NCBI GenBank assembly: GCA_046303115.1
Contig: JBKCGZ010000166.1
Coordinates: 6,389 to 70,388, forward strand
DNA from: Bacteroidota bacterium
GTDB lineage: Bacteria; Bacteroidota; Bacteroidia; AKYH767-A; OLB10
DNA: 64,000 bases
Reading direction: 5' to 3'
Made by a program: the position numbers and the translations under genes
Part shown: one piece after another, positions 37,980-48,137 of the stretch
Numbering within the stretch: the stretch's first letter is position 1
How the letters are laid out: every line of letters begins with the position of its first letter
The notes under the pieces: generated by a model
What the model was told of the DNA's origin: nothing
The model's database searches: none
Seen by the model: the letters and a program-made list of their open reading frames with translations, nothing else

Positions 37980-40352
37980 ATGAAGAGCCATAAAGACAAT
38001 ATTCACTTAGTTGTCATTTTATCTTTTTTATCGATTATATTCCTTGCGGGATGCTCGGCCACCAAAAGTGTTCCTGATGGAAAGCACTTGCTTTGTAAAA
38101 ATACAATTAAAACAGACAGACCCGAATTAAAAGAAAACTTTAATGCGGTTATTAAGCAAAAGCCTAACAGGAAAATTTTCGGATTCGTGCGCTTTCATTT
38201 AAGCGTATACAATTTTGCCTTCGGCGGAAAGGAAACTAAATTCAATCATTGGTTAAAATCAACTGTAGGTGAAGAACCAGTATTAGTCGACACATCAAAA
38301 GTTCGCAAATCGAGTGAGCAGTTACTCACTTTATTACAGAACAATGGATTTTTTAATGCTGTGGTATCCGACTCCGTTGAATATTGGAAGAAAAAAGCAT
38401 TTGTATATTACAACCTTCAAGGTAATGTACCCTATACATTTCTAAAACTTAAGTATGATATTAATGACTCTTTGGTACGCCAAGTAGTTTTACAAAACGA
38501 CTCACTAACCTTCATTCATAAAGGAGACAATTATTCATCAGCTACCTTACAAAAAGAAAGAGACCGAATAACGTCATTATTAAGAAACACTGGATTCGCA
38601 GCTTTTAATTCGCAGTATATTCGATTTGTTGTAGATACAGGATTTAAATCCAATCAAGCAGAAGTTACTATGTTGATTTCTAATCCTAATCCGACGGAAG
38701 AACAAATCAAAAATGGGATTATTCCGAAGCATCAGCTAGGCGTAAATAAAAACATAAGCGTTGATATGGATTATGAGCCTATTGATTTAAATCGAATAAC
38801 AATTAACGATAGCGCTGTTTTTAATGATTATGTGTTTTACCCAAACCGTGATACTATATTCCTTTATAAATTTAATCGTTTAACAGATCATATTTACATT
38901 CAGCCGAACTCGCTATACTCACAAGAAAATATTGACTTAACCTACCAACGACTTGCAGACCTCGGTGTGTTTCGTTTTGTGAATATCAAATATCAGCAAA
39001 TTGATGGTTTAGATAGCCTTGGTAGAAATCAATACCATTGTAAGATTATGCTTTCACCGCAATATCGACAATCGTATAAATTCGAGGCGGAAGGAACGAA
39101 CAGCGGTGGTAATTTAGGTATATCCGGAAGCTTTGTCTACAGAAATAAAAATGTTTTTCGTGGAGCAGAACTATTGGAGTTTAAAATAAGAGGCGGATTA
39201 GAAATACAACGATCGTTAACAACGGAAGAAAATCAAGCTTATAAATTCGGACTCTTTAACACGTTTGAATTTGGTCCTGAATTAAGTTTAAGCTTTCCAA
39301 GAGGGCTATGGCCTTTCACAATCAGGAACTCTAGAAAAGTTAGCAACCCTATCACCTCTGTATCGATAGGTTATAATGTGCAAAGCCGACCAGAATATTT
39401 CCGTCGACTTGCCAACTTATCATACTATTATACAAAGCGTACTTCTAAATACAATCGCTTTTATTTTTATCCAGCAGAGATTAACTATTTGAAAGTAGAT
39501 TTAGATTCTGCATTTAACGAGCAATTATTATCATACAACAATATCAACTTGATCAACTCTTATACTGATCAGCTGATTATAAACGGACGCTTTAGTTATT
39601 TGTATAATAATCAGATTGTGGGCAAGGCAGGCAACTTCACTTTCTTCCGATTTAATATTGAGTTTGCAGGCAATACACTTTCTTTGCTTCCAACGAGTAC
39701 TTATAAAATTTCAGAATCAAATAGCCGCTTGATTGGAAAAGTACGCTATGCACAATATGTGCGACCTGATTTTGACTTCCGATACTATTTAAACTTCAAT
39801 AAAACATCTTCGTTGGTAACGAGATTAGTTTCAGGTGTTGGCTATGCATATGGTAACTCCACATTAGTTCCATTTGAGAAAGCCTTTTATGCTGGAGGCC
39901 CCAATGACATCAGAGCGTGGAGGTCAAGATCTCTGGGACCAGGATCAAATGTAACAACAGATTTATTCCAGCAGTTTGGAGAATTTAAAATAACAGGTAA
40001 TATTGAATACCGTTTTAATTTATACAAGTTTTTAAAAGGTGCAGTATTTTCTGATTTTGGAAACATTTGGTTATTGAATGATTCGGATGACAAGCCAGGG
40101 TCTGGAGTGAGTTTAAATACATTCGGAGATGAAATTGCAATTGGATCTGGTATAGGAATAAGAAGTGACTTTACCTTCTTTATTTTTAGATTAGATGCAG
40201 CGGTAAAAATGAAAGACCCTTCAAAACCTGTAGGGAGTCGTTGGATCGCTGGTGGTAATAACTTAACAGATGTTACTTTTAACTTCGGAATTGGTTATCC
40301 TTTTTTATTTTATTGCATTTGTGTGATTGATTTTTTGGACTTTATTAATTAA
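37980..40352 (+). CDS. BamA/TamA-family (Omp85, surface antigen D15) outer-membrane protein, lipoprotein-type N-terminus
   Basis: 790 aa. LAGCSATK lipobox. POTRA-like region, then a beta-barrel with C-terminal ...TFNFGIGYPF followed by a 15-aa extension. Confidence 0.6.
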   Translation: MKSHKDNIHLVVILSFLSIIFLAGCSATKSVPDGKHLLCKNTIKTDRPELKENFNAVIKQKPNRKIFGFVRFHLSVYNFAFGGKETKFNHWLKSTVGEEPVLVDTSKVRKSSEQLLTLLQNNGFFNAVVSDSVEYWKKKAFVYYNLQGNVPYTFLKLKYDINDSLVRQVVLQNDSLTFIHKGDNYSSATLQKERDRITSLLRNTGFAAFNSQYIRFVVDTGFKSNQAEVTMLISNPNPTEEQIKNGIIPKHQLGVNKNISVDMDYEPIDLNRITINDSAVFNDYVFYPNRDTIFLYKFNRLTDHIYIQPNSLYSQENIDLTYQRLADLGVFRFVNIKYQQIDGLDSLGRNQYHCKIMLSPQYRQSYKFEAEGTNSGGNLGISGSFVYRNKNVFRGAELLEFKIRGGLEIQRSLTTEENQAYKFGLFNTFEFGPELSLSFPRGLWPFTIRNSRKVSNPITSVSIGYNVQSRPEYFRRLANLSYYYTKRTSKYNRFYFYPAEINYLKVDLDSAFNEQLLSYNNINLINSYTDQLIINGRFSYLYNNQIVGKAGNFTFFRFNIEFAGNTLSLLPTSTYKISESNSRLIGKVRYAQYVRPDFDFRYYLNFNKTSSLVTRLVSGVGYAYGNSTLVPFEKAFYAGGPNDIRAWRSRSLGPGSNVTTDLFQQFGEFKITGNIEYRFNLYKFLKGAVFSDFGNIWLLNDSDDKPGSGVSLNTFGDEIAIGSGIGIRSDFTFFIFRLDAAVKMKDPSKPVGSRWIAGGNNLTDVTFNFGIGYPFLFYCICVIDFLDFIN

Positions 40353-40562
40353 AATCTTACAACGAATTTTAATTACTTAAACAAGATAATGACTAGCAAA
40401 ATATAATCGCCTAAATGTGATTATTCACTAAAACCCTGTCATTTCTTACACTTTTTAAAACACATAATTCCTTCAAAACATCACAATGTAAGAATCCAAC
40501 TATATTTTAAAAATCAAAGTTTTAAGCGAGGGTATTTTTACTGCATCAAATATTTCAAACCA

Positions 40563-41708
40563 ATGCATAAAATATTACTTGTAGACGACCGACCTGAAAA
40601 TTTATACTCGCTTGAGAATATACTCGCGAATGAAAACAGGATTATTTTAAAAGCTTCATCAGGTGAAGAAGCCTTGAAAATCGCTTTTAGCGAAGATATA
40701 TCATTAATACTACTTGATGTCCAAATGCCAGTAATGGATGGATTTGAAGTTGCTCATATGCTGAAGCAAACCAATAGAACGAAGAAAACGCCTATCATTT
40801 TTGTAACTGCAATCAGCAAGGAAAAAAAATACATGCTTAAAGGATATCAGGAAGGCTGCATCGATTATTTATTTAAACCGCTAGATGTAGATATTACACA
40901 AGCTAAAGTAAATACACTATTAAAACTTCACGATCAACAACGCGAATTGGAAATAAAAAATGCAGAGCTTGCGAAATTAAATCAAGAGAAAAATTATTTC
41001 CTTGGGGTAGCATCACACGATTTAAGAAATCCAATAGGTAATATTATTTCGCTAGTGCATATTCTTGAAGATGAAATGGGCGATACATTATCATTGGAAA
41101 TGAAAGAAATGCTTCAAATGATGCATGATTCAGGAAAGGATATGTTAGAACTATTAAATAACTTACTTGATGTTTCGAAAATAGAATCTGGTAAAATGAA
41201 TCTTAAGCTAAAGAATGATTCGATAGCTGGCATTATACAAAAATCAATTAATGATAATATCCGCACCGCCAATGCAAAAGCAATTATACTTGATTATAAT
41301 ATCGGAGATAATATTCCGCAAGTAGCCTTCGATAAAATACATTTACAACAAGTATTAAACAATTTAATTTCAAATGCAATAAAGTTTTCTTTCGGAAATA
41401 CTCATGTAGAGATTAATGTAATAAGAAAAGAAAATGATATTGTAATTTCAGTAAAAGATCAAGGACAAGGAATTCCGTCAAATGATATTCACAGAGTGTT
41501 TCTTCCTTTTGCAAGAACGAGTGTAGCAAGTACAAATGGAGAAAAAAGCACAGGCCTTGGACTAACCATCGCGAAGCGCATTGTAGAGGCACATGGCGGA
41601 AATATTTGGCTTAGTAGCGAAGTTGGGAAAGGCACTACCTTCTTCTTTAGCCTACCAATAAATGAATATAAGAGAGAACCAATCCCTCTCGAGTTTATAA
41701 AAAGATAG
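40563..41708 (+). CDS. Soluble hybrid two-component protein: N-terminal receiver (REC) plus HisKA/HATPase_c histidine kinase
   Basis: LLVDDRPENL...LILLDVQMPVMDGFEV (REC, phosphoacceptor Asp). H-box GVASHDLRNP. N/G1/G2 boxes LISNAIKFS and STGLGLTIAKRIVEAHGG. No TM. Confidence 0.85.
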   Translation: MHKILLVDDRPENLYSLENILANENRIILKASSGEEALKIAFSEDISLILLDVQMPVMDGFEVAHMLKQTNRTKKTPIIFVTAISKEKKYMLKGYQEGCIDYLFKPLDVDITQAKVNTLLKLHDQQRELEIKNAELAKLNQEKNYFLGVASHDLRNPIGNIISLVHILEDEMGDTLSLEMKEMLQMMHDSGKDMLELLNNLLDVSKIESGKMNLKLKNDSIAGIIQKSINDNIRTANAKAIILDYNIGDNIPQVAFDKIHLQQVLNNLISNAIKFSFGNTHVEINVIRKENDIVISVKDQGQGIPSNDIHRVFLPFARTSVASTNGEKSTGLGLTIAKRIVEAHGGNIWLSSEVGKGTTFFFSLPINEYKREPIPLEFIKR

Positions 41709-41726
41709 CTGTTTAATTTGAAAATC

Positions 41727-41757
41727 AGGGCACCTCAAAAGGGTGCTCTTTTTTTTA
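41727..41757 (+). terminator. Rho-independent terminator shared by convergent HK and paaJ genes
   Basis: agggcacc-tcaaaag-ggtgctct followed by tttttttt. Confidence 0.6.
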
Positions 41758-42963
41758 TGCGCGCTCGAGAATCATTGCATACCCCTGCCCTACGCCTATA
41801 CACATGGTCACCATTGCAAACTTCTTATTCCCTTCAGCTAATTGATGGGATGCAGAAAGTGCTATTCTTGCTCCGCTCATTCCTAATGGATGACCTAACG
41901 CTATCGCACCACCGTTCGGATTAATACGACTATCATTATCTGCCAATCCCCAACTACGAATACATGCCAAACTTTGAGCAGCGAATGCTTCATTCAATTC
42001 GATAATATCCATATCGTCCCAGGTAAGTCCTGCATTTTTCAATGCTTTATTTGCAGCTTCTACAGGGCCGATTCCCATAATACGAGGTTCAACACCCGCA
42101 ATACCAACTGAAACAATTCTACTTAATGCTTTGAGATTGTTTTTTTTCAAACCTTCTTCGGATGCTAGCAATATAGCAGCTGCACCATCATTTAATCCGC
42201 TTGCATTACCTGCAGTAACGGTACCGTCCTTACGAAAACTAGGCTTCAATTTAGCAAGCCCTTCGATAGACGTAGAAGGCTTTATAAACTCATCAGCCGT
42301 AAACAAAATCGGTTCGCCTTTTCGCTGTGGAATTTCAACTGCTATGATTTCATTTTCAAATTTACCTGCCTTTTGCGCTGCTACTGCTTTCTGTTGCGAC
42401 CATAAAGCAAATTGATCTTGATCCTCACGAGAAATACTATCACGAATAGCAAGATTCTCTGCTGTTTCACCCATAGCATCTACACCAAACTTTTCTTTCA
42501 TTAATGGATTGATAAATCGCCATCCGAAACTTGAATCGAACATTTGTGCATCGCGACCATAAGGTGTAGATGTTTTAGAAATCACCCAAGGGCCTCGTGT
42601 CATATGTTCTACTCCACCAGCAATCATTAACTCTGCCTCACCTAACATCAACGAACGCCCCGCAGAAGCAATAGCTGATAATCCTGATGCACACAAACGA
42701 TTTACTGTTTCTCCAGGAATTGAAACAGGCAAGCCAGCAAGCAAAGTAGCCATACGAGCAATATTTCGATTGTCTTCACCAGCCTGATTAGCGCAACCCA
42801 TTATCACATCACCTACAGCTGAAAAATCAACACCATTATTTTTTTCTGCCAGCTTTCTTAAAACCAAGGCAGCTAAATCATCTGCACGAATAGGCCCTAG
42901 CGTTCCACCAAAATTACCGATTGGTGTTCTAACACCATTAACTATGTATGCGTTCTTAATCAT
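41755..42963 (-). CDS. paaJ: 3-oxoadipyl-CoA / 3-ketoacyl-CoA thiolase
   Basis: 402 aa. Thiolase signatures: active-site Cys in NRLCASGL, ...GGVEHMT..., C-terminal GHPLGMSGARI and CIGVGQG. Confidence 0.85.
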   Translation of the reverse strand: MIKNAYIVNGVRTPIGNFGGTLGPIRADDLAALVLRKLAEKNNGVDFSAVGDVIMGCANQAGEDNRNIARMATLLAGLPVSIPGETVNRLCASGLSAIASAGRSLMLGEAELMIAGGVEHMTRGPWVISKTSTPYGRDAQMFDSSFGWRFINPLMKEKFGVDAMGETAENLAIRDSISREDQDQFALWSQQKAVAAQKAGKFENEIIAVEIPQRKGEPILFTADEFIKPSTSIEGLAKLKPSFRKDGTVTAGNASGLNDGAAAILLASEEGLKKNNLKALSRIVSVGIAGVEPRIMGIGPVEAANKALKNAGLTWDDMDIIELNEAFAAQSLACIRSWGLADNDSRINPNGGAIALGHPLGMSGARIALSASHQLAEGNKKFAMVTMCIGVGQGYAMILERA

Positions 42964-42964
42964 A

Positions 42965-43393
42965 TTATTTTTCTTGAGGGAACCATTCCTTTGATGTTCT
43001 GTAAACTACTCCTTTGAACAACGCAACTGTTTGTCCTTGTTCATTCGTTACAATGATGGAATAAATTCCGATTTTATTTGTTAAACTTTTTTCTTCTGAT
43101 GTTGCATAAATCACATCATCTTCTTTCAAAGAAACAGTATGTGATATAGAGGTTTCGACTGATACACTTTGACGACCGTGAGAGTTAGAAGAAAATGCTA
43201 AAGCACTATCGGCAAGTGAATAGGTAATTCCTCCATGAGCTATACCAAATCCATTCAGCATTTCCTTTCTGATTTTCATTTTTAATTTACAAAAACCTGG
43301 AGCCACTTCTAATACTTCAATACCTAACCACTGACTAAACCAATCGTGGTCATACATTCTTGAAACAATTTTATTGGCTTGATTAGCTTCCAT
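42965..43393 (-). CDS. paaI: Hotdog-fold acyl-CoA thioesterase, PaaI-type
   Basis: 142 aa. NGFGIAHGGITYSLADSALAFSSNS. Confidence 0.8.
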   Translation of the reverse strand: MEANQANKIVSRMYDHDWFSQWLGIEVLEVAPGFCKLKMKIRKEMLNGFGIAHGGITYSLADSALAFSSNSHGRQSVSVETSISHTVSLKEDDVIYATSEEKSLTNKIGIYSIIVTNEQGQTVALFKGVVYRTSKEWFPQEK

Positions 43394-43405
43394 GAATGAT
43401 GCTTA

Positions 43406-44578
43406 TTAATTAAAAAAAGATTTATTCTCTCTAACCATTTGGCGTAACAAAACAGATGCACGATAACGATCATCATGATACTCTATATACAGTGAATCTA
43501 AAATCGATAACACTTTCTCCAATCCTATTTCATCTGCCCATTTAAGCAATCCCTTAGGATAGTTCACACCTTTGGTCATTGATAAATCAATATCTTCTGC
43601 AGTAGCAATTTTATAATAAAGTGCATCCGCTGCTTCATTGATAAGCATAGCTAAAACACGAATAACAATTTCACTTGATAAATCATCATCCGTTTTCGCA
43701 ACTGGATTAACCGCATTTTCGCCGTAATCATAATAACCCTTGCCAGTTTTTCTTCCTAGTCGCTCTGACTCTACCATTTTCTTTTGAATTAAAGACGGAC
43801 GAAAACGAGCATCATAATAAAACTGCTTCCATACAGTTTCTGTCACCGTGTAATTGATATCATTTCCGATTAAATCCATCAATTCAAACGGTCCCATTCT
43901 AAATCCGCCTTTCTCTCGCATCGCTGCATCAACAGTAGCCATATCAGCAATTCCTTCTTCAACAATCTTTAATGATTCACCATAAAACGGCCGAGCCACA
44001 CGATTCACAATAAATCCAGGAGTATCTTTAGCAATTACAGGAACTTTTTTCCAAGCCTGCATTAATGATTTACAATCTTCTGCTAAACCATCTTTTGTTT
44101 GAAGCGCTGGAATTACTTCTACTAGAGGCATTAATGGAGCTGGATTAAAAAAATGCAATCCGATAACTCGCTCAGGATTAGTACAAGCGGCAGCAACAGA
44201 AGTCACTGAAAGCGATGAAGTGTTTGATGCAAGTATACATGAAGCATTAACTACTTTCTCTAATGCTGAAAATAGTTCTTTCTTCACTTCTAGTATTTCA
44301 ACGACTGCCTCAATGATTAAATCCGCAGAAGCAAATCCACTCAATGAATCGATAACTGTAATTCGGCTACACAGAGCCGTTACATCCTCCTGCGACATTT
44401 TTCCTTTCTCTACTAACTTATTCAATGAAGATTCTGTTTTCTTCAGTGCATTATTGGCAGCTCCTTCTTTGGCATCAAACAAAAAAACAGAATGACCAGC
44501 AGATGCTGCAACTTGTGTAATACCGCTTCCCATTGCTCCCGCACCTATAACTCCAACAATTGATTTTTCTGATAACAT
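43406..44578 (-). CDS. paaH: 3-hydroxyacyl-CoA (3-hydroxyadipyl-CoA) dehydrogenase; start trimmed to ATG 44578
   Basis: VGVIGAGAMGSGITQVAASAGHSVFLFD Rossmann fold plus a 3HCDH C-terminal domain. The trimmed start abuts the paaG stop. Confidence 0.85.
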   Translation of the reverse strand: MLSEKSIVGVIGAGAMGSGITQVAASAGHSVFLFDAKEGAANNALKKTESSLNKLVEKGKMSQEDVTALCSRITVIDSLSGFASADLIIEAVVEILEVKKELFSALEKVVNASCILASNTSSLSVTSVAAACTNPERVIGLHFFNPAPLMPLVEVIPALQTKDGLAEDCKSLMQAWKKVPVIAKDTPGFIVNRVARPFYGESLKIVEEGIADMATVDAAMREKGGFRMGPFELMDLIGNDINYTVTETVWKQFYYDARFRPSLIQKKMVESERLGRKTGKGYYDYGENAVNPVAKTDDDLSSEIVIRVLAMLINEAADALYYKIATAEDIDLSMTKGVNYPKGLLKWADEIGLEKVLSILDSLYIEYHDDRYRASVLLRQMVRENKSFFN

Positions 44579-44579
44579 A

Positions 44580-45356
44580 TTATTCTCCTTTAAATACAGG
44601 CAAACGTTTTTCAAGAAAGGCATTTACTCCTTCTTTATGATCATAAGTTTGGCCAGCTTGTGCCTGATAGACTTCTTCTAATTTAAGCTGTTGTTTTAAA
44701 TCTGATGTTGCTGATTGATTCAACAACATTTTCGTTAAGGCGATACCTTTAGTAGGCATATTCGCTAATTGAATACAAATCTTATCTACTTCCAATTTAA
44801 GTACATCATCTGCAAAACACTTATACACCATTCCCATTTCTGCAGCTTCTTTACCTCCTACCTTATCTGCCAGCATCATTAATCCTGCAGCACGTTGAAA
44901 ACCGATTAGTCGCGGTAAAAAGAAAGTTCCACCGCTATCTGGAATTAAACCTATTTTACTAAAAGCTTGTATGAAAGATGCCGATTCTCCTGCTAAAACA
45001 ATATCGCAAGCTAATGCGATGTTTGCACCTGCTCCAGCAGCAACACCATGTACCACTGCCACAACTGGCTTCTGCGCTTCACGGATTTTAATAATGATTG
45101 GGTTGTAATGCTCATCAACAATTTTTTGAATTCCTGGTCCATCAGGAGCAATAGCCTCTGATAAATCCTGACCAGCACAAAACGCTTTACCTTCTGCTTC
45201 AATCAAGATACATCGAACAACATTATCAGCAGAAAAATTGTCGATTGCGGCTTGCATTTGCAAAGCCATTTCGCGATTAAAACTATTAAACTTTTCTGGG
45301 CGGTTTAACTTGATTCGGCCTACCCCATTTTCAATCGTAGCAGTTATTAAGCTCAT
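44580..45356 (-). CDS. Enoyl-CoA hydratase/isomerase (crotonase) of the paa pathway, PaaF/PaaG-type
   Basis: 258 aa. FCAGQDLSE...VHGVAAGAGANIALACDI oxyanion-hole region. Confidence 0.8.
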   Translation of the reverse strand: MSLITATIENGVGRIKLNRPEKFNSFNREMALQMQAAIDNFSADNVVRCILIEAEGKAFCAGQDLSEAIAPDGPGIQKIVDEHYNPIIIKIREAQKPVVAVVHGVAAGAGANIALACDIVLAGESASFIQAFSKIGLIPDSGGTFFLPRLIGFQRAAGLMMLADKVGGKEAAEMGMVYKCFADDVLKLEVDKICIQLANMPTKGIALTKMLLNQSATSDLKQQLKLEEVYQAQAGQTYDHKEGVNAFLEKRLPVFKGE

Positions 45357-45423
45357 CTTTAAATTTCTTACTACAAAGAAAACTAAAAAAGGCTTTCGTT
45401 AAGCTATATTTATGAATGAAGTA

Positions 45424-45918
45424 TCAGTGACATTTGAACTGCTCAAATGGTTGTCGACAGCCATTACAAAAGTGTAAAGCTTTGCAAGCAGTGGAACCAA
45501 ATCGGCTGGTAAGTGAGGTGTCTGTTGAGCTACAAAAAGGACAAGCCACTGGACCTTTATCATTATTGGCAAAAGGATGTAAATTTTCGAAACTCAGTTT
45601 CTCAGGAGGTGCAATTCCATAGGCCTTTAACTTTTCCTTGGTTTCATCGCTCATCCAATCGGTTGTCCATGCCGGTTTATAAATCGTTTTGATACTTGGA
45701 GTTAAACCAACCAATAAAAGTTTTGCTCTTATTTGCTCCTCCATACTCTTCAAGGCAGGGCAACCAGAATATGTTGGGGTAATGTCAACATCCACATTTG
45801 AACCAGTAATTCGCACATCACGAACGACTCCTAATTCAACAATGCTAATAGCGGGAACCTCAGGATCAGGAATAGAATTTAACAAGTCCCAGATTTCACT
45901 AATTTCTAATGTTACCAT
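45424..45918 (-). CDS. paaD: 1,2-phenylacetyl-CoA epoxidase subunit D (DUF59-type)
   Basis: 164 aa. DPEVPAISIVELGVV...TPTYSGCPA, C-terminal Cys pairs CPFC...CNGC. Confidence 0.85.
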   Translation of the reverse strand: MVTLEISEIWDLLNSIPDPEVPAISIVELGVVRDVRITGSNVDVDITPTYSGCPALKSMEEQIRAKLLLVGLTPSIKTIYKPAWTTDWMSDETKEKLKAYGIAPPEKLSFENLHPFANNDKGPVACPFCSSTDTSLTSRFGSTACKALHFCNGCRQPFEQFKCH

Positions 45919-46682
45919 ACTGCGTCAGGATATGTTCTAGGCAGATATTGCATTTCAGCTAAAAGATAGCCTAAGTGCTCGCTATGTATGCCTTTCAAAC
46001 CTCCAGTTGGGGAATAAGTATTATTTTCAGGAACAGACAATGTTGCTTTAGCAAAAATTTCATGTACCATTTTTGTCCATTCATCACGCAACGTTGCTTT
46101 ATCAAATGCAATTCCGTTGCTTATTAATAAAGCATCTATACTATCTTGCTCAAAAAGCTCATTCGTATATGGCCATAATTCGTTTAAGGAATTTTGAATA
46201 CGCTGATGACTTTCTGCTGTGCCATCACCTAAACGAACTACCCAATCACCTGCATGTCGAACATGATAAGTAACCTCCTTAATTGATTTAGCTGCAAGTC
46301 CTGAAATTGTTTCATCAGTGCTCTTCATCAAATCACGAAACATCAGATAATCGAAACAACCATTTAAAAACAGTTTCATCATGGTAAATCCGAAATCTTT
46401 ATTATCGGGCTGCTCCACCATTAATTTATTTCTAAACTCTCTTTCTCCTCTGCGAAACGCATAAAAATCTTCTGTTTTTCCGTCGCCTTCTATCTGAGCA
46501 GCATACGTATAAAAGCCACGTGACTGACCAATTAGATCTAGTGCTACATTACTCATTGCAATATCTTCTTCAAGGATAGGTCCATGACCTGTCCACTCAG
46601 AAATTCGTTGCGCATGTATTAGTGAATTATCAGCGATACGTAGACAAAAATCAATTAACGCTTTATTTAAGTCCGTCATCAT
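45912..46682 (-). CDS. paaC: 1,2-phenylacetyl-CoA epoxidase subunit C
   Basis: 256 aa. Ferritin-like helical protein, collinear with paaB and paaD. Confidence 0.85.
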   Translation of the reverse strand: MMTDLNKALIDFCLRIADNSLIHAQRISEWTGHGPILEEDIAMSNVALDLIGQSRGFYTYAAQIEGDGKTEDFYAFRRGEREFRNKLMVEQPDNKDFGFTMMKLFLNGCFDYLMFRDLMKSTDETISGLAAKSIKEVTYHVRHAGDWVVRLGDGTAESHQRIQNSLNELWPYTNELFEQDSIDALLISNGIAFDKATLRDEWTKMVHEIFAKATLSVPENNTYSPTGGLKGIHSEHLGYLLAEMQYLPRTYPDAVW

Positions 46683-46969
46683 ATTTGTTTTAACCCGTCA
46701 GCTGTTTTGAAAAAGTTGGGAGAGCGATACATTTTATCATTTGCGGGGTCGAAGAATGCACCTGCATCTTCCGGAGAAGAAGCGATGATAGCATCACTTG
46801 GAACAACCCAAATATTAACCCCTTCTTGTCTTCTACTGTAAACATCTCTTGCATTTAAAAGAGCAATTTCACCATCAGGAGCGTGAACGCTTCCTGCATG
46901 CTCATGAGGTGCACCTTGTTTTTTTTGAGTGAACACTTCCCACGTAGGCCATTGATGATTTGATTCCAT
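46679..46969 (-). CDS. paaB: 1,2-phenylacetyl-CoA epoxidase subunit B
   Basis: 96 aa. WPTWEVF...GEIALLNARDVYSRR. Confidence 0.9.
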   Translation of the reverse strand: MESNHQWPTWEVFTQKKQGAPHEHAGSVHAPDGEIALLNARDVYSRRQEGVNIWVVPSDAIIASSPEDAGAFFDPANDKMYRSPNFFKTADGLKQI

Positions 46970-46990
46970 TATTACTAATCAATTAAATTA

Positions 46991-47941
46991 TTAATTCACT
47001 TTTTTCTTAGTTGCATATGCTTTTGCCGCATCACGTACCCATTGTCCGTTTGCATGTGCGTCATTACGTTGTTTCAATCGTAACTTATTACAAGGTCCAT
47101 TTCCATTGATAACCTGGAAGAATTCATCCCAGTTTATTTCACCGAAATCATAATGGCGAGTTTCCTCATTCCATTTCAATTTATCATCTGGAATTTTTAA
47201 TCCGATAGCCTGAGCTTGCTCCACTGTTCTATCAATAAAGCGCTGACGTAAATCGTCGTTCGTATATAATTTCACTTTCCATTTCAAAAGATCGGCGCTG
47301 TTAGGAGAATCTTTATCAGAAGGTCCGAACATCATTAAAGCAGGCCACCACCAACGATTCATCGCGTCCTGAGCCATGTCTTTTTGCTCTTGAGTACCAC
47401 GCATCAGGTAAGCTAAAATCTGATAACCTTGTTTATTGTGAAAGTTCTCTTCTCTACAAATACGCAACATCGCACGCGAATAAGGTCCGTAAGAACACTT
47501 AGCCAACACCGTTTGGTTTACGATTGCTGCCCCATCTACCAACCAACCGATGGCTCCAATATCAGCCCAAGTTAAAGTCGGATAGTTGAATATAGAGGAA
47601 TATTTTGCTTTCCCTGATAATAGTTGATCGATCATTTCTGAACGATCCATACCTAAAGTTTCTGCTGCGCTATAGATGTACAACCCATGGCCAGCCTCAT
47701 CTTGAACCTTGGCAATTAAGATAGCCTTGCGTGCTAATGAAGGAGCTCTTGAAATCCAATTACCTTCCGGCAACATTCCAACTACCTCTGAATGAGCGTG
47801 TTGCGACATCATTCTCAACAATTGCTTGCGATACTTTTCAGGCATCCAATCCTTAGGCTCGATTACCTTACCAGCTTGAATACTGTCGTTGAATGCATTT
47901 TCTTTTTCGGATAAATCCTCCGTTTTAACATTTATATCCAT
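46991..47941 (-). CDS. paaA: 1,2-phenylacetyl-CoA epoxidase catalytic subunit A; start at ATG 47941
   Basis: Near-collinear with E. coli PaaA: [37 protein letters not shown]...[20 protein letters not shown]. Confidence 0.9.
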   Translation of the reverse strand: MDINVKTEDLSEKENAFNDSIQAGKVIEPKDWMPEKYRKQLLRMMSQHAHSEVVGMLPEGNWISRAPSLARKAILIAKVQDEAGHGLYIYSAAETLGMDRSEMIDQLLSGKAKYSSIFNYPTLTWADIGAIGWLVDGAAIVNQTVLAKCSYGPYSRAMLRICREENFHNKQGYQILAYLMRGTQEQKDMAQDAMNRWWWPALMMFGPSDKDSPNSADLLKWKVKLYTNDDLRQRFIDRTVEQAQAIGLKIPDDKLKWNEETRHYDFGEINWDEFFQVINGNGPCNKLRLKQRNDAHANGQWVRDAAKAYATKKKVN

Positions 47942-48137
47942 CGGAATTAAGGGTCTTATTAACTTTGCTAAAATAATAGTTACGACTAACCTACGCAAAT
48001 GAGTTTAGTCAGAATAAATTAACATTTTAGTCAGCATAAAGTTTATTCGAAGATGTTTAGATTTTATGTAACATCGTAGAAAATTTTCAGTATAAAGTCC
48101 ACCCGAAAGGGTATATATAATCAAACCACACACACTT

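Noticed and set aside
40353-40562. Riboswitch or structured leader upstream of the hybrid kinase
   Set aside because: Only a weak 8/9 inverted repeat with a 36-nt spacer. The composition is AT-rich and consistent with chance, and no conserved riboswitch core was recognised.
41718-41924. 68-aa plus-strand ORF
   Set aside because: It spans the intrinsic terminator and the 3' end of paaJ on the opposite strand, so it is spurious.
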